64,000 bases of DNA from Alphaproteobacteria bacterium (GTDB lineage Bacteria; Pseudomonadota; Alphaproteobacteria; SP197). Below, piece by piece: positions 39,356-48,548 of this stretch. The notes under the pieces were generated by a model. It did no database searches, was not told the DNA's origin, and saw only the letters and a list, made by a program, of their open reading frames with translations. The stretch covers positions 256,001-320,000 of the forward strand of contig OZ219918.1 of the NCBI GenBank assembly GCA_964291415.2, read 5' to 3'. Position numbers and translations under genes: made by a program. Every line of letters starts with the position of its first letter. Position 1 is the first letter of the stretch.

Positions 39356-40111
39356 TCAGCCCGGGATCGTCGGTACGACCTTGCCCATCGTGCTGCTCAA
39401 CTGGGCGTAGAGACGTTCGCGAAAGGCCTCGACATGGGTGGATGCCAGATGTTCCGCCTGCTCGACGTCGCGATTCTCGATCGCCTGGCAGATGGTCCGG
39501 TGTTCCTCGACCGTCCGCTCGATGTCCTTGTGGGGGTCGTCGCGCGAAAAGCTGTCGAACCAGATCCAGCTCAGCCGCATCCCCTGGGCCGACAATTGTG
39601 CGATCATCGTCTCGAAGAACCCGTTCCGGGCCGCTACCGCGATCGCTTCGTGAAACTCCATGTTGGTCTTGCTCATGGCAATCGCGTCCTTTGAGGCCGC
39701 GGCCGTTTCATAGGCATGCATGGCGTTCCGGATGTTCCGGAGATCGGTTGGTGTGCGGCGCGCTGCCGCCCAGTGCTGGACCGCCCTGTGGGAAAGCTCC
39801 AGGGCCTCGAAGTACTGGGTGAGTTCCATGACGTCCAGGGGTGTGACAAGCGCGCCGCGGTTGGGCAGGATCGTGACCAGGCCATCGGACGACAGCCAGA
39901 CCAGCGCTTCGCGCACCGGAGTCCGGGAGACCTGCAGTTCGTTGACGACGCGCGTCTCGTCGATCTTGGTGCCTGGCGCCAGTTCGAGGCGCAGGATCAT
40001 GTCGCGAAGATGCTCGTAGACCAGGGCGGCACCCTGACCTCGAGGTTGTCGTCTCGTCGAGCGGGAGGCCGTCCGGGCCGCGTCCGTCGTGGTTGTCCGT
40101 GACTTGCGCAT
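39356..40111 (-). CDS. GntR family transcriptional regulator (FCD domain)
   Basis: LAPGTKIDE, VSRTPVREAL, PNRGA, FHEAI..N, EEH..I. Confidence 0.92.
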   Translation of the reverse strand: MRKSRTTTTDAARTASRSTRRQPRGQGAALVYEHLRDMILRLELAPGTKIDETRVVNELQVSRTPVREALVWLSSDGLVTILPNRGALVTPLDVMELTQYFEALELSHRAVQHWAAARRTPTDLRNIRNAMHAYETAAASKDAIAMSKTNMEFHEAIAVAARNGFFETMIAQLSAQGMRLSWIWFDSFSRDDPHKDIERTVEEHRTICQAIENRDVEQAEHLASTHVEAFRERLYAQLSSTMGKVVPTIPG

Positions 40112-40270
40112 GCACTTGAGCTCCCGTTGTCGTCTGGACCGTTGACAGTCAAGCAGACCGAGCCATTGCGTGTCACCGTTCCGTGTCGATGCTGGACACC
40201 TCGGGAATCACGATCTACAGTATTCTGTCAGTATGCAAAACATATTCTATTGTCTGGATTAGGCATCACC

Positions 40271-41254
40271 GTGATCCGGAACACCGTTCTCTCCCGCGAT
40301 GCCGGCGCCCTTCCGGCGCGTACCACAATCAGTTCCTCCGAGAGAATCGTGCATCTTCTCGGCAGGAAGCCTGTGCGAGCCCTGATGGCAAGGCGAAACG
40401 GGCCCGGCCTCCTGTTTCTCTTCCTGCATGCCACGGCAATCGTGTCGACGGGCACTCTTGTCTGGGTTTCGCGGGACACGCTCTGGGTGGCACCCGCCAT
40501 CTTCCTTCACGGCATCATGATCGTCCACCTGTTCGCGCCGTTTCACGAGTGCTGCCACAGGACGGCCTTTCGAAGCCGCTGGCTGAACGAATCCGTCTAC
40601 TGGTCTTGTGGCCTGATCCTCGGCCTCATGCCATTGGCCTTCCGGTTCCAGCATGCCGATCATCACACCTATACGCAGGATCGTGAACGCGACCCGCAGA
40701 TGATTGCGATGGGCGAACGCCTGTCCGGGTATCTCTTCTATGCCTCCGCGCTGCCCTACTTCGCCGCAATCCTCAAATCCCTCCTGTTCCACCCCCTGGG
40801 GCGGTTCAGTCCCGCGGAACGTCGCTACCTCCCGCCTCACATGCTTGCCAGCGTGCGCCTCCAGGCCTGGATCTTCTGGGGTGTCTACCTCGCCCTGGGC
40901 GTCGTCTCGATCTGGCTGGAGAGCTGGTTCGCGGTCATCTACTGGCTGCTCCCGCGTCTCGCGGCGGAACCGGTCGAACGGATCATCCGGCTTTCCGAGC
41001 ACACGGCCTGCGCGCACAGTCCCGACATGCTCGAGAACTCCCGCACAATCCTGACCTGGCGTCCGGTGCGATGGCTGTCATGGAACATGCCCTTTCACAC
41101 CGCCCACCACGCCGTCCCCCTCATTCCGTTTCATGCCCTCCCGAAACTCAACTCCATGCTGGCCGGCCACGTGCGCGACGTTCGCCGGGGCTACGTTGCC
41201 GCAGTCGCATTCCAGCTCTCCCGTGCCCGTCGCATGCGGCATCTACAGGCGTGA
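40271..41254 (+). CDS. fatty acid desaturase-like membrane di-iron oxygenase (MocD-like)
   Basis: HECCH, HADHH, SEHT, WNMPFHTAHH; start uncertain (GTG 40271 or ATG 40385). Confidence 0.85.
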   Translation: MIRNTVLSRDAGALPARTTISSSERIVHLLGRKPVRALMARRNGPGLLFLFLHATAIVSTGTLVWVSRDTLWVAPAIFLHGIMIVHLFAPFHECCHRTAFRSRWLNESVYWSCGLILGLMPLAFRFQHADHHTYTQDRERDPQMIAMGERLSGYLFYASALPYFAAILKSLLFHPLGRFSPAERRYLPPHMLASVRLQAWIFWGVYLALGVVSIWLESWFAVIYWLLPRLAAEPVERIIRLSEHTACAHSPDMLENSRTILTWRPVRWLSWNMPFHTAHHAVPLIPFHALPKLNSMLAGHVRDVRRGYVAAVAFQLSRARRMRHLQA

Positions 41255-41580
41255 CGGACGAGTGGCACGATGTTCTCGCCGAGGACGACCTTGATCCGGA
41301 GCTGCCGGAGCCGGTCAAGGCGGCGGGACGTGCCATCGCGCTCTTCGTGATCGAGGGCAGGATCCACGCCACGGACTGCTACTGTTCGCACATGCGCGCC
41401 AGGCTGACAGACGGGTATGTCGAAGGCGAGACCGTCGAGTGCCCGCTCCATCAGTCACGGTTTCACATTCCCACCGGTCGCGTGCTCAGCTCACCTGCCA
41501 CCAGGGACATTCGCACCTTCGAAACAAGGGTTGATGCGGGACGAATTCTGGTTCGTGTGCCGACCCGGCGATCCGCTTGA
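41251..41580 (+). CDS. Rieske [2Fe-2S] ferredoxin (MocE-like)
   Basis: CSH...ECPLHQSRFHIPTG; GTGA overlap with the desaturase stop. Confidence 0.9.
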   Translation: MTDEWHDVLAEDDLDPELPEPVKAAGRAIALFVIEGRIHATDCYCSHMRARLTDGYVEGETVECPLHQSRFHIPTGRVLSSPATRDIRTFETRVDAGRILVRVPTRRSA

Positions 41581-41781
41581 ACTCAGGCTCCGCGATGCCG
41601 CCGCCCATGCCCGGGTGACGCGGGAAGAACGTTCAGCACATTCGGTGGGCCAGATCCGACTGGACGGTGTGGATTCTCGCCGTCACGATCCCCAGGTAGT
41701 GTACCATTGCCTTCCCGGTCGGACGCCGCCGCAGGACGGCACTGCTATGGTTGTCGGCCGTCGGGCAAGAAGGAGGAAGCC

Positions 41782-42735
41782 ATGATACTCGATGAGAAGC
41801 TGCGTTCGGGAGACACGATCATTCTCGATGGCGCTACCGGCACCGAGATTGCCCGGCAGGGTGGCGCCATGAACAGTGCCGCCTGGTGTGGAGTCGCCAA
41901 CAAGACCCACCCCGAGATCGTCAGAAAGGTTCACGAGGCCTATGTCGAGGCGGGATGCGACGTGGTGATCACCAACACCTTCGCCACCTGCCGGCATGTG
42001 CTGGCCGGCGCCGGACTGGCAGACGAGACCGTCGCCATCAACCGGCGTGCTGTCGAACTGGCGCGTGAAGCCGTCGACTCCGTGGGGCCGTCGCGGCCCG
42101 TTGCCGTGGCCGGCTCCATGTCGACCACGCATGCCTGGAAGGAGGGATCCATCCAGGCGGATCCCGCCTATCTGCCGGACGGGGAGGCGGAAGCCGGCAA
42201 CTTCGTCGAGATGGCGGAGACACTCGCCGAGGCCGGCGTGGACCTTCTCGTCCTGGAAATGATGTCCGATATCGACAGTGCCGGCCGCTGTGCGGAGGCT
42301 GCGGTCGCGACGGGGTTGCCGGTGTGGGTGGGCATCAGCTGCATCGACGGTGATGACGGCAGTCTTCTGGGTTGGTGTGACACCAAGTCCATGCAGGAGG
42401 CGAATCCGCCGGCGCTCGGGGAGATCATCGATGCGCTCATGGAAAGGGGCGGCGATGTCTACGGGATCATGCACTCCACGGCAGATGTCACCGGGCCGGC
42501 GCTCGATTGCCTGGCCAACCGCTGGCAGGGGCCGGTCATGGCCTATCCGGAAACGCTCCGGACCTTCGACGCGCGAACACACCTCACCACGGACTCCCTG
42601 ACGCCCGACGAGTTTGCCCGCTCCTGTCTGGCGTGGCTCGACAGCGGGGTCAGCATCATCGGAGGCTGCTGCGGCACCACGATCGACCATATCCGCGCGC
42701 TGGTCCGCCACATGGAGGAAAGGGCCGCCGGATAG
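41782..42735 (+). CDS. homocysteine S-methyltransferase family protein
   Basis: AGGAGG RBS; ILDGATGTE, TNTF, VAGSMS, AYPE, IIGGCCGT. Confidence 0.9.
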   Translation: MILDEKLRSGDTIILDGATGTEIARQGGAMNSAAWCGVANKTHPEIVRKVHEAYVEAGCDVVITNTFATCRHVLAGAGLADETVAINRRAVELAREAVDSVGPSRPVAVAGSMSTTHAWKEGSIQADPAYLPDGEAEAGNFVEMAETLAEAGVDLLVLEMMSDIDSAGRCAEAAVATGLPVWVGISCIDGDDGSLLGWCDTKSMQEANPPALGEIIDALMERGGDVYGIMHSTADVTGPALDCLANRWQGPVMAYPETLRTFDARTHLTTDSLTPDEFARSCLAWLDSGVSIIGGCCGTTIDHIRALVRHMEERAAG

Positions 42736-42810
42736 GCAGAAATCGCCGGTTTCCCGGGATTGAGCACCGCTGCCGTCTGGTCCCGAAACGCCACGGGCCA
42801 TCACGACACA

Positions 42811-43392
42811 ATGGACAGCCTTTCCGACGAGTTCCTGGCGCTGGCACTCGCTCACGACACCAACCGGTCGATACTGGAACGTCTTCCGGCCCTTGGCGTG
42901 GACCAGGCCTGGCTGGTTGCGGGCTGTCTCTTCGGCCCGGTCTGGAATGCGCTCTCGGGCCAGCCTCCCGGGGCCAACATCTGTGACCACGACATCTTCT
43001 ACTGGGACCCCGACACGTCCTGGGAGGCCGAGGATGCCGTGATTCGACGGGCCGACGACCTCTTCGCCGACCTCGGCATCGTGCACCAGGTGCGCAACCA
43101 GGCCCGCGTTCCCCTCTGGTTCGAAGGCCGTTTCGGCCGGCCATGGCCGGCAACCCGCCGGAGCGCCGACAGCATCGGCCGGTTTGTCGTGTCCTGCACC
43201 TGCGTCGGGGTGCGCCTGCGGGGTGACAACGACATCGAGCTCCATGCCCCCAGGGGTCTCCGCGAACTCTTCTCGGGAATCCTGCGCCCCAACCCGGACA
43301 ACCCCACGCCCCATCATTTCCGCACGAAGTGCGAGAGCTACCTGAGCCGGTGGCCATGGTTGACCATGGCTGAAGACAACCTCGCCGGGTGA
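42811..43392 (+). CDS. nucleotidyltransferase family protein (DUF925-like)
   Basis: WLVAGCLF..VWN, DHDIFYWD, VRNQARV, APRGL.ELF, RWPWL. Confidence 0.85.
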   Translation: MDSLSDEFLALALAHDTNRSILERLPALGVDQAWLVAGCLFGPVWNALSGQPPGANICDHDIFYWDPDTSWEAEDAVIRRADDLFADLGIVHQVRNQARVPLWFEGRFGRPWPATRRSADSIGRFVVSCTCVGVRLRGDNDIELHAPRGLRELFSGILRPNPDNPTPHHFRTKCESYLSRWPWLTMAEDNLAG

Positions 43393-43423
43393 GTCGGCCG
43401 ATCGTCCCTCGAGGGCGGCCTGA

Positions 43424-44392
43424 TCAGTCCTTCATGGATGCCGGACCGAGGGGATGATCGCGGTGGGGGTAGGGGTGGTGGTGCCCGCCATGGTGATGAT
43501 GGTGGCCGGTGCCGATCCCCTCGACGTGGTGATGGTGGCTTTCCTGGCGCAGGCCCACCTCATCCTCGAACCCGAGCACCTGCTCTCGGTACTTGCAGGC
43601 CTGGCAGTTCATGTTGCCGGTTCCCTTCAGGATCTCGTCCACGCGCGAAACGAAGGTCTCGACCACCAGGGGATGATCATTGAGATAGCCGGCCTGGACG
43701 ATCGAGGTGTCGGGATAGCGTGATGCGGCGCTGCTTGCCGCATCGTAGATTCGCCTGACCAGAACCCCGGTGAAGAGAAAGTAGGGGAAGACGATGATGC
43801 GCCGGAAACCCAGCCTGACGACATGATCGAGCGCCGGCGCGACCAGCGGAAAGGTGACGCCCGAATAGGCTGTCTCACCCCAGCCCAGGCCGAGGCCTTC
43901 GGTCAGAAGACGGGTGACCCTGGCGACGTTGGCATTGGCATCGGGGTCCGATGATCCCCGTCCGACCACCATGAGCAGGGTGTCGCTGGCACCAACGTGG
44001 CCGTGTGTCGCATTCGCCGATTCGATGGCCTCCTCGACCCTCTCGCCGGCAGCCTTGATCATCTTCATGTCATGGCCGAGATCTCGCCCGTAGCGCACCT
44101 GGATCCCGGTATCGCGGGACCACGTGTTGAGCACTCCGGGGATGTCGTTCTTGACATGACCGGCGGCGAACAGCATTCCGGGAACAGCAAGAATCTCCCG
44201 CGCACCACCCACGCGAAGGCGATCGAGACCCTCGCGGATGACCGGTGTTGCGAACTCGAGAAAGCCGTGAGCGACGGGCCACGTGAATCTGGAAGAGAGG
44301 GTATGGGCAAGGTCCGTGAATTCGGCGATGGCCGCCTCGTCGCGGCTGCCGTGACCGCACAGCATGATGGCGGTGTCACTCATGGTCTTCAT
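43424..44392 (-). CDS. cbiX: sirohydrochlorin chelatase CbiX
   Basis: CGHGSRD, FLEFA.P, LFAAGHVKNDIP, GRGSSDPDAN, MNCQACKYR, His-rich tail. Confidence 0.9.
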   Translation of the reverse strand: MKTMSDTAIMLCGHGSRDEAAIAEFTDLAHTLSSRFTWPVAHGFLEFATPVIREGLDRLRVGGAREILAVPGMLFAAGHVKNDIPGVLNTWSRDTGIQVRYGRDLGHDMKMIKAAGERVEEAIESANATHGHVGASDTLLMVVGRGSSDPDANANVARVTRLLTEGLGLGWGETAYSGVTFPLVAPALDHVVRLGFRRIIVFPYFLFTGVLVRRIYDAASSAASRYPDTSIVQAGYLNDHPLVVETFVSRVDEILKGTGNMNCQACKYREQVLGFEDEVGLRQESHHHHVEGIGTGHHHHHGGHHHPYPHRDHPLGPASMKD

Positions 44393-44445
44393 CCCTTGCC
44401 GGTTGGATTATCATGGGGACGCGCCTTGGCCCGCCGCAAGTCTTC

Positions 44446-45387
44446 ATGATCTTCGACAACGCGATACCGGCGGTGCTCGTCGTGGCTGTGGCCCTCGACT
44501 GGCTGATCGGCGACCCGCGCTGGTTGTGGGGACGACTGAAACATCCTGTCGTGGTTCTCGGATCCCTCATCGATGGTCTCGACAGACATGTCAATCATGG
44601 CAGTTCCGTCAGGCGACGGGTGGCGGGGTTCGCCGTGCTTGCGGCGATCGTGTTTCTTGCCGCGGCAGCGGGGTTCCTGCTTGCCTCCCTGGGCTGGGTT
44701 GTGGAGGCCATCGTCATGGCCATCATGCTGGCCCAGAGGGATCTCCATGATCATGTGAGGAAGGTCGCCACGGCCCTGCGGCGCGACGGGCTCGCAGAGG
44801 CGCGCCGCATGGTGGGACACATCGTCGGCCGCGACACCGGTCAACTGGACAGTCACGGGGTCAGCCGGGCGGCGATCGAGAGTTGTGCCGAGAACTTCGC
44901 CGACGGCGTCGTCGCACCCCTGTTCTGGTACGTTGTGGCCGGGCTGCCGGGCGTCCTCGTGTGCAAGGCGGTCAACACTCTCGACAGCATGATCGGTCAT
45001 CGCGATTCGCGCCATCGCGCCTTCGGCCAGCCCTCGGCGCGATGCGACGATCTGCTGAACCTTCTGCCCGCCAGGCTGTCCGCCATGGTGGTTGCCGGCG
45101 CCTCGATGCTGATGGCCGGTGCGGATCCCCAGGGGTCATGGCGTGCGGTGTGGCGTGATGCCCGTCACCACAAGTCACCGAACGCCGGCTGGCCCGAAGC
45201 AGCCTTCGCCGGTGCCCTCGGCATCGCCATAGCCGGACCACGCCGTTACGCAGGCACCCTGGTGAACGATGCCTGGATGGGCGACGGCCGTGCCGCCTGC
45301 ACACCGGACGATATCGATGCCGCCCTGCGTCTCTACGTGCGCTCCTGCGTGCTTGCCGCAGGCCTCTGCGTCCTTCTCGTGCTCTGA
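44446..45387 (+). CDS. cobD: adenosylcobinamide-phosphate synthase CbiB/CobD
   Basis: GDP..HPV, IVGRDT, ESCAENFADGVVAP, KAVNTLDSMIGH, SPNAGWPEAA. Confidence 0.93.
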   Translation: MIFDNAIPAVLVVAVALDWLIGDPRWLWGRLKHPVVVLGSLIDGLDRHVNHGSSVRRRVAGFAVLAAIVFLAAAAGFLLASLGWVVEAIVMAIMLAQRDLHDHVRKVATALRRDGLAEARRMVGHIVGRDTGQLDSHGVSRAAIESCAENFADGVVAPLFWYVVAGLPGVLVCKAVNTLDSMIGHRDSRHRAFGQPSARCDDLLNLLPARLSAMVVAGASMLMAGADPQGSWRAVWRDARHHKSPNAGWPEAAFAGALGIAIAGPRRYAGTLVNDAWMGDGRAACTPDDIDAALRLYVRSCVLAAGLCVLLVL

Positions 45388-45414
45388 AGAGTGCAGGTTC
45401 AAGTCCTGCCCCGC
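45384..45414 (+). other. tRNA 3'-half-like fragment (possible att remnant)
   Basis: ctgaagagt-GCAGG-TTCAAGT-CCTGC-cccgc forms a T-arm resembling initiator tRNA-Met 3' ends; no 5' half. Confidence 0.4.
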
Positions 45415-45595
45415 TCGTCAAGGCAGCCGAGGAGCACATTCATGCTGTCGAGGGCTTTCGATTCCGGGTCCGGGCTGATTCCGCGCGATCAACACAAGGT
45501 CAAGGCCAGTGCGCGGTTTTGGAGTCGCGACCGTCCTGCGTCGAGCATGAGGACACGCCGCGTCGCCGGAAGGCAAGCAGGGAGCTGCCATGGGC

Positions 45596-46840
45596 TCAGG
45601 CGCGGGAGCAGCGCAGCGGCAGGGACCGGAGGCCGCGCAGCACGACGCCGTGGTGGAACGTCGGGCGGGAGCCCATGAGGTCGATCCGCTTGAAACGCTC
45701 CAGCAGCATCTCGAACGCGATCCTCCCCTGCAGGCGCGCAAGCTGCGCGCCGAGGCAGTGGTGGATGCCGCGTCCGAGCGAGAGGTGGGGACAGGGCGCG
45801 CGGCCGACATCGAGCCGGTCGGGCATCTCGAACACGTCGGGGTCCCGGTTGGCGGCGCCCAGGAGGACGGCAACGTTGTCGCCCGCGCGGATCTCGGCCC
45901 CGTTCATCGAGCGGTCGGCGCGGGCGCGCCGGAAGGTCAACTGCACCGGGGCGTCGAAGCGCAGCAGTTCCTCGACCGCGGCGGGCACGAGGTCCGGGTC
46001 GCCGCGGAGCCGGGCAAGCTGGTCCGGGCTGGCGAGCAGCGCCAGAAGGCCGTTGCCGATCAGGTTGGTGGTGGTCTCGTTGCCGGCGATCAGCAGCAGG
46101 CGCAGGAGGTTCAGCATCTCGCGCTCGCTCAGCCGCTCGCCGCCGTCCTCGGCGTGGGCCAGCGCGCTCAGGATGTCGTCGCGAGGAGCGCTCCGGCGCA
46201 TCGCGATGACATCCAGGAAATACGCGTCGAACTCCCGCGAGGCGTCCAGGGCGACCGCGCGCTCGCGGTAGCTCACCGTGGGCTCCAACAGGCGCGCGCG
46301 CTGCGCCGACCAGAGCTTGAAGCGATTCTGGTCCCTGGCCGGAATGCCGAGCATTTCGGCGATCACGATGATTGGCAGGGGCTGGGCGAAGGTCGTCATG
46401 AGGTTGAAGGCGCCGGGGTCGTCGACGGCGTCCAGAAGTGCGGCTGCGATCACGCGGATGCGGGTCTCCAGGGCGTTGACGGCCCGCGACGTGAAGGCCT
46501 TGTTCACCAGGGCCCGCAGCCTCGTGTGGTCGGGCGGGTCGAGGATCAGCATGGAGAACTCGTCCGCCGGCGGCAGCATGGCCTGCTGGCGGCGGGTCAG
46601 CGTGCCCACGCGCGGGTCGTTGGCGAAGGTGCGATGGTCGCGCAGGATGGCGTTGGCGTCGGCGTGGCGCGCGATCAGCCAGGCGTTCATCAGCCGGCTG
46701 CGATGCGGCGCGCGGCGGGCGCGCAGCGCCGCATAGACGGGATAGGGATCCTGGACCATGGCGTTCGAGAGCGGATTGTAGGCCACACCGGTCCGCCAGC
46801 GTTCGCCCGCGGAGATCGCGCGGGCGAGCATCGGGCGCAT
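45596..46840 (-). CDS. cytochrome P450
   Basis: DPPDHTRLR, AGNETT, EELLRFD (ExxR), heme motif LGRGIHHCLG. Confidence 0.94.
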   Translation of the reverse strand: MRPMLARAISAGERWRTGVAYNPLSNAMVQDPYPVYAALRARRAPHRSRLMNAWLIARHADANAILRDHRTFANDPRVGTLTRRQQAMLPPADEFSMLILDPPDHTRLRALVNKAFTSRAVNALETRIRVIAAALLDAVDDPGAFNLMTTFAQPLPIIVIAEMLGIPARDQNRFKLWSAQRARLLEPTVSYRERAVALDASREFDAYFLDVIAMRRSAPRDDILSALAHAEDGGERLSEREMLNLLRLLLIAGNETTTNLIGNGLLALLASPDQLARLRGDPDLVPAAVEELLRFDAPVQLTFRRARADRSMNGAEIRAGDNVAVLLGAANRDPDVFEMPDRLDVGRAPCPHLSLGRGIHHCLGAQLARLQGRIAFEMLLERFKRIDLMGSRPTFHHGVVLRGLRSLPLRCSRA

Positions 46841-47411
46841 CGTCTCTTCGAGCGAGATCACCGCAGAAACCCGATGCCGGGGGCGAGAGGGAGCAAACTC
46901 ATGAGCCGGTCTCCGGAAAGGGTGTCTGCACATGGGCAGGCGTCCCCGCCGCGTGCAGCCTGTCCGGGGAAGTGCCCGAGCCTGCCGGTGCGAGCCGGGG
47001 AGGCACGCCGACGGCAACCGTCACGAAGGAGAGACGGCACGCTGTCCTGCAAGGTTGCCCCCGGTCCTGTCGTCGTCGGTCGCGCCATCCGAATCCCGGA
47101 CGAAGGACGACGAGCATATGACCGGGGGCCGTTCCCTGTCGAGCGCGCACCGCGGCATGGCCGGCTGTGCTGCGCATCGCCGGTGGAGGGAGCCATCTGG
47201 AAGCCTCTTCCTCCGAGTTTTCTGTGCTCCTATCAGACCGATACCTGCAATCCTAAAGGGTGTCATCCCTGCTGATGCCGGGTAGTCTGCGCCTGTCTTG
47301 TCCCAAGTCGGTCCGGACAGTCGAGTTCTCGCCGTCATCCGCCCGCAGTGGATTCCATTCGGTCGGCTCCCTCTCGGGAAACCCGTCGGAAACGCCATGG
47401 GAGGAAGCGGC

Positions 47412-48548
47412 GTGAATTCGGACGATGCCTTCGAGCGCATCCTCGCGGCGCTGCACGAAGCCGCCCTCGACGACACCCGATGGCCTGCCGCCGCCGCCCT
47501 GATCGACGAGGCCTGCGGCGCCGTGGGCAATATGCTGTTGGTCGGCGAACGGTCCGGCGAGATCCACTTCGTCCGATCTCTCCACCGCGGCGAGGCGCGC
47601 GAAGACCTGGCGCGCGAGTACTTCGAGGTCTATTACCCCCACGACGAAGGCCCGCTCCGTCGCAGGGAGCTGCCCAACGGCCTCATGACCCATACCTCCG
47701 AACTTTACACCGAGACCCAGTTGAAGACGTCCGTCGCATACAACGAGGGATGGCGGCTCATGCGCGGGCAGAACGGCTTGAGCGTGTCCTTCGAACAGCC
47801 GGACGGCCTGCGCATCTTCTGGGGTGTCGGCGACCCGGTCGACAGCGGCGGCTATGAGTCCGCGCAACTCCGTCTGCTCGAGCGTCTGCTGCCGCATATC
47901 CACCGGTGCGTCGTGATCAGGCAGGCGCTGGCTGCGGCCGATGCCCTGGGCGCCGGACTGACGGGCCTCCTGGACCGGGACCGCGTCGGCGTGGTGCAGC
48001 TCGACCGCGCCGGGCGCGTGCTGGAGGCCAACGCACCGGCGCTCGAGATCCTGCGCCGCGGCGACGGGCTCATCGACCGCGACGGCGTCCTGGACGCGTG
48101 TCTGCCGGCGGACCGCAGCCGCCTGCGGCAGCTGCTGGCGCGCGCACTGCCGGACTTGTGGGACAAGCCCCCGAGCGGCGGTTCGATGACGGTACAACGG
48201 CCCTCGCGCCGGTCGCGCCTGGGACTGCATGTCAGCCCGGTGGGCGTGCGGACGTCAGACTTCGGGCGGCGGCGGGTGGCGGTACTGGTGCTGGTGGTTG
48301 ACCCGACGAGCGGTTCGCGCATCGAACCGGCGCGGGTGGCGGCGCTGCTCGGTCTGACGCCGTCTGAGAGCCGGGTGTCGGCGCTGCTGGCCGAGGGCCT
48401 GTCGGTGCGCGAGATCGCCGCCGCCACGGACTTGCGGGAGAGCTACGTGCGCTGGCTGTTCCAGCGGGTCTACAAGAAGTTGGGCGTGTCGGGACAGGTA
48501 GCCCTGGTGCGGCAGGTCCTGGCCGCGGACGCCCTGCCCTGGCGCTGA
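47412..48548 (+). CDS. PAS-like / LuxR-type helix-turn-helix transcriptional regulator
   Basis: C-terminal GLTPSESRV..LAEGLSVREIA...VYKKLGVSGQ; central VVQLD..GRVLEAN. Confidence 0.82.
   Translation: MNSDDAFERILAALHEAALDDTRWPAAAALIDEACGAVGNMLLVGERSGEIHFVRSLHRGEAREDLAREYFEVYYPHDEGPLRRRELPNGLMTHTSELYTETQLKTSVAYNEGWRLMRGQNGLSVSFEQPDGLRIFWGVGDPVDSGGYESAQLRLLERLLPHIHRCVVIRQALAAADALGAGLTGLLDRDRVGVVQLDRAGRVLEANAPALEILRRGDGLIDRDGVLDACLPADRSRLRQLLARALPDLWDKPPSGGSMTVQRPSRRSRLGLHVSPVGVRTSDFGRRRVAVLVLVVDPTSGSRIEPARVAALLGLTPSESRVSALLAEGLSVREIAAATDLRESYVRWLFQRVYKKLGVSGQVALVRQVLAADALPWR

Noticed and set aside
43440-43545. His-rich low-complexity repeat
   Set aside because: Normal C-terminal metal-binding tail of CbiX.
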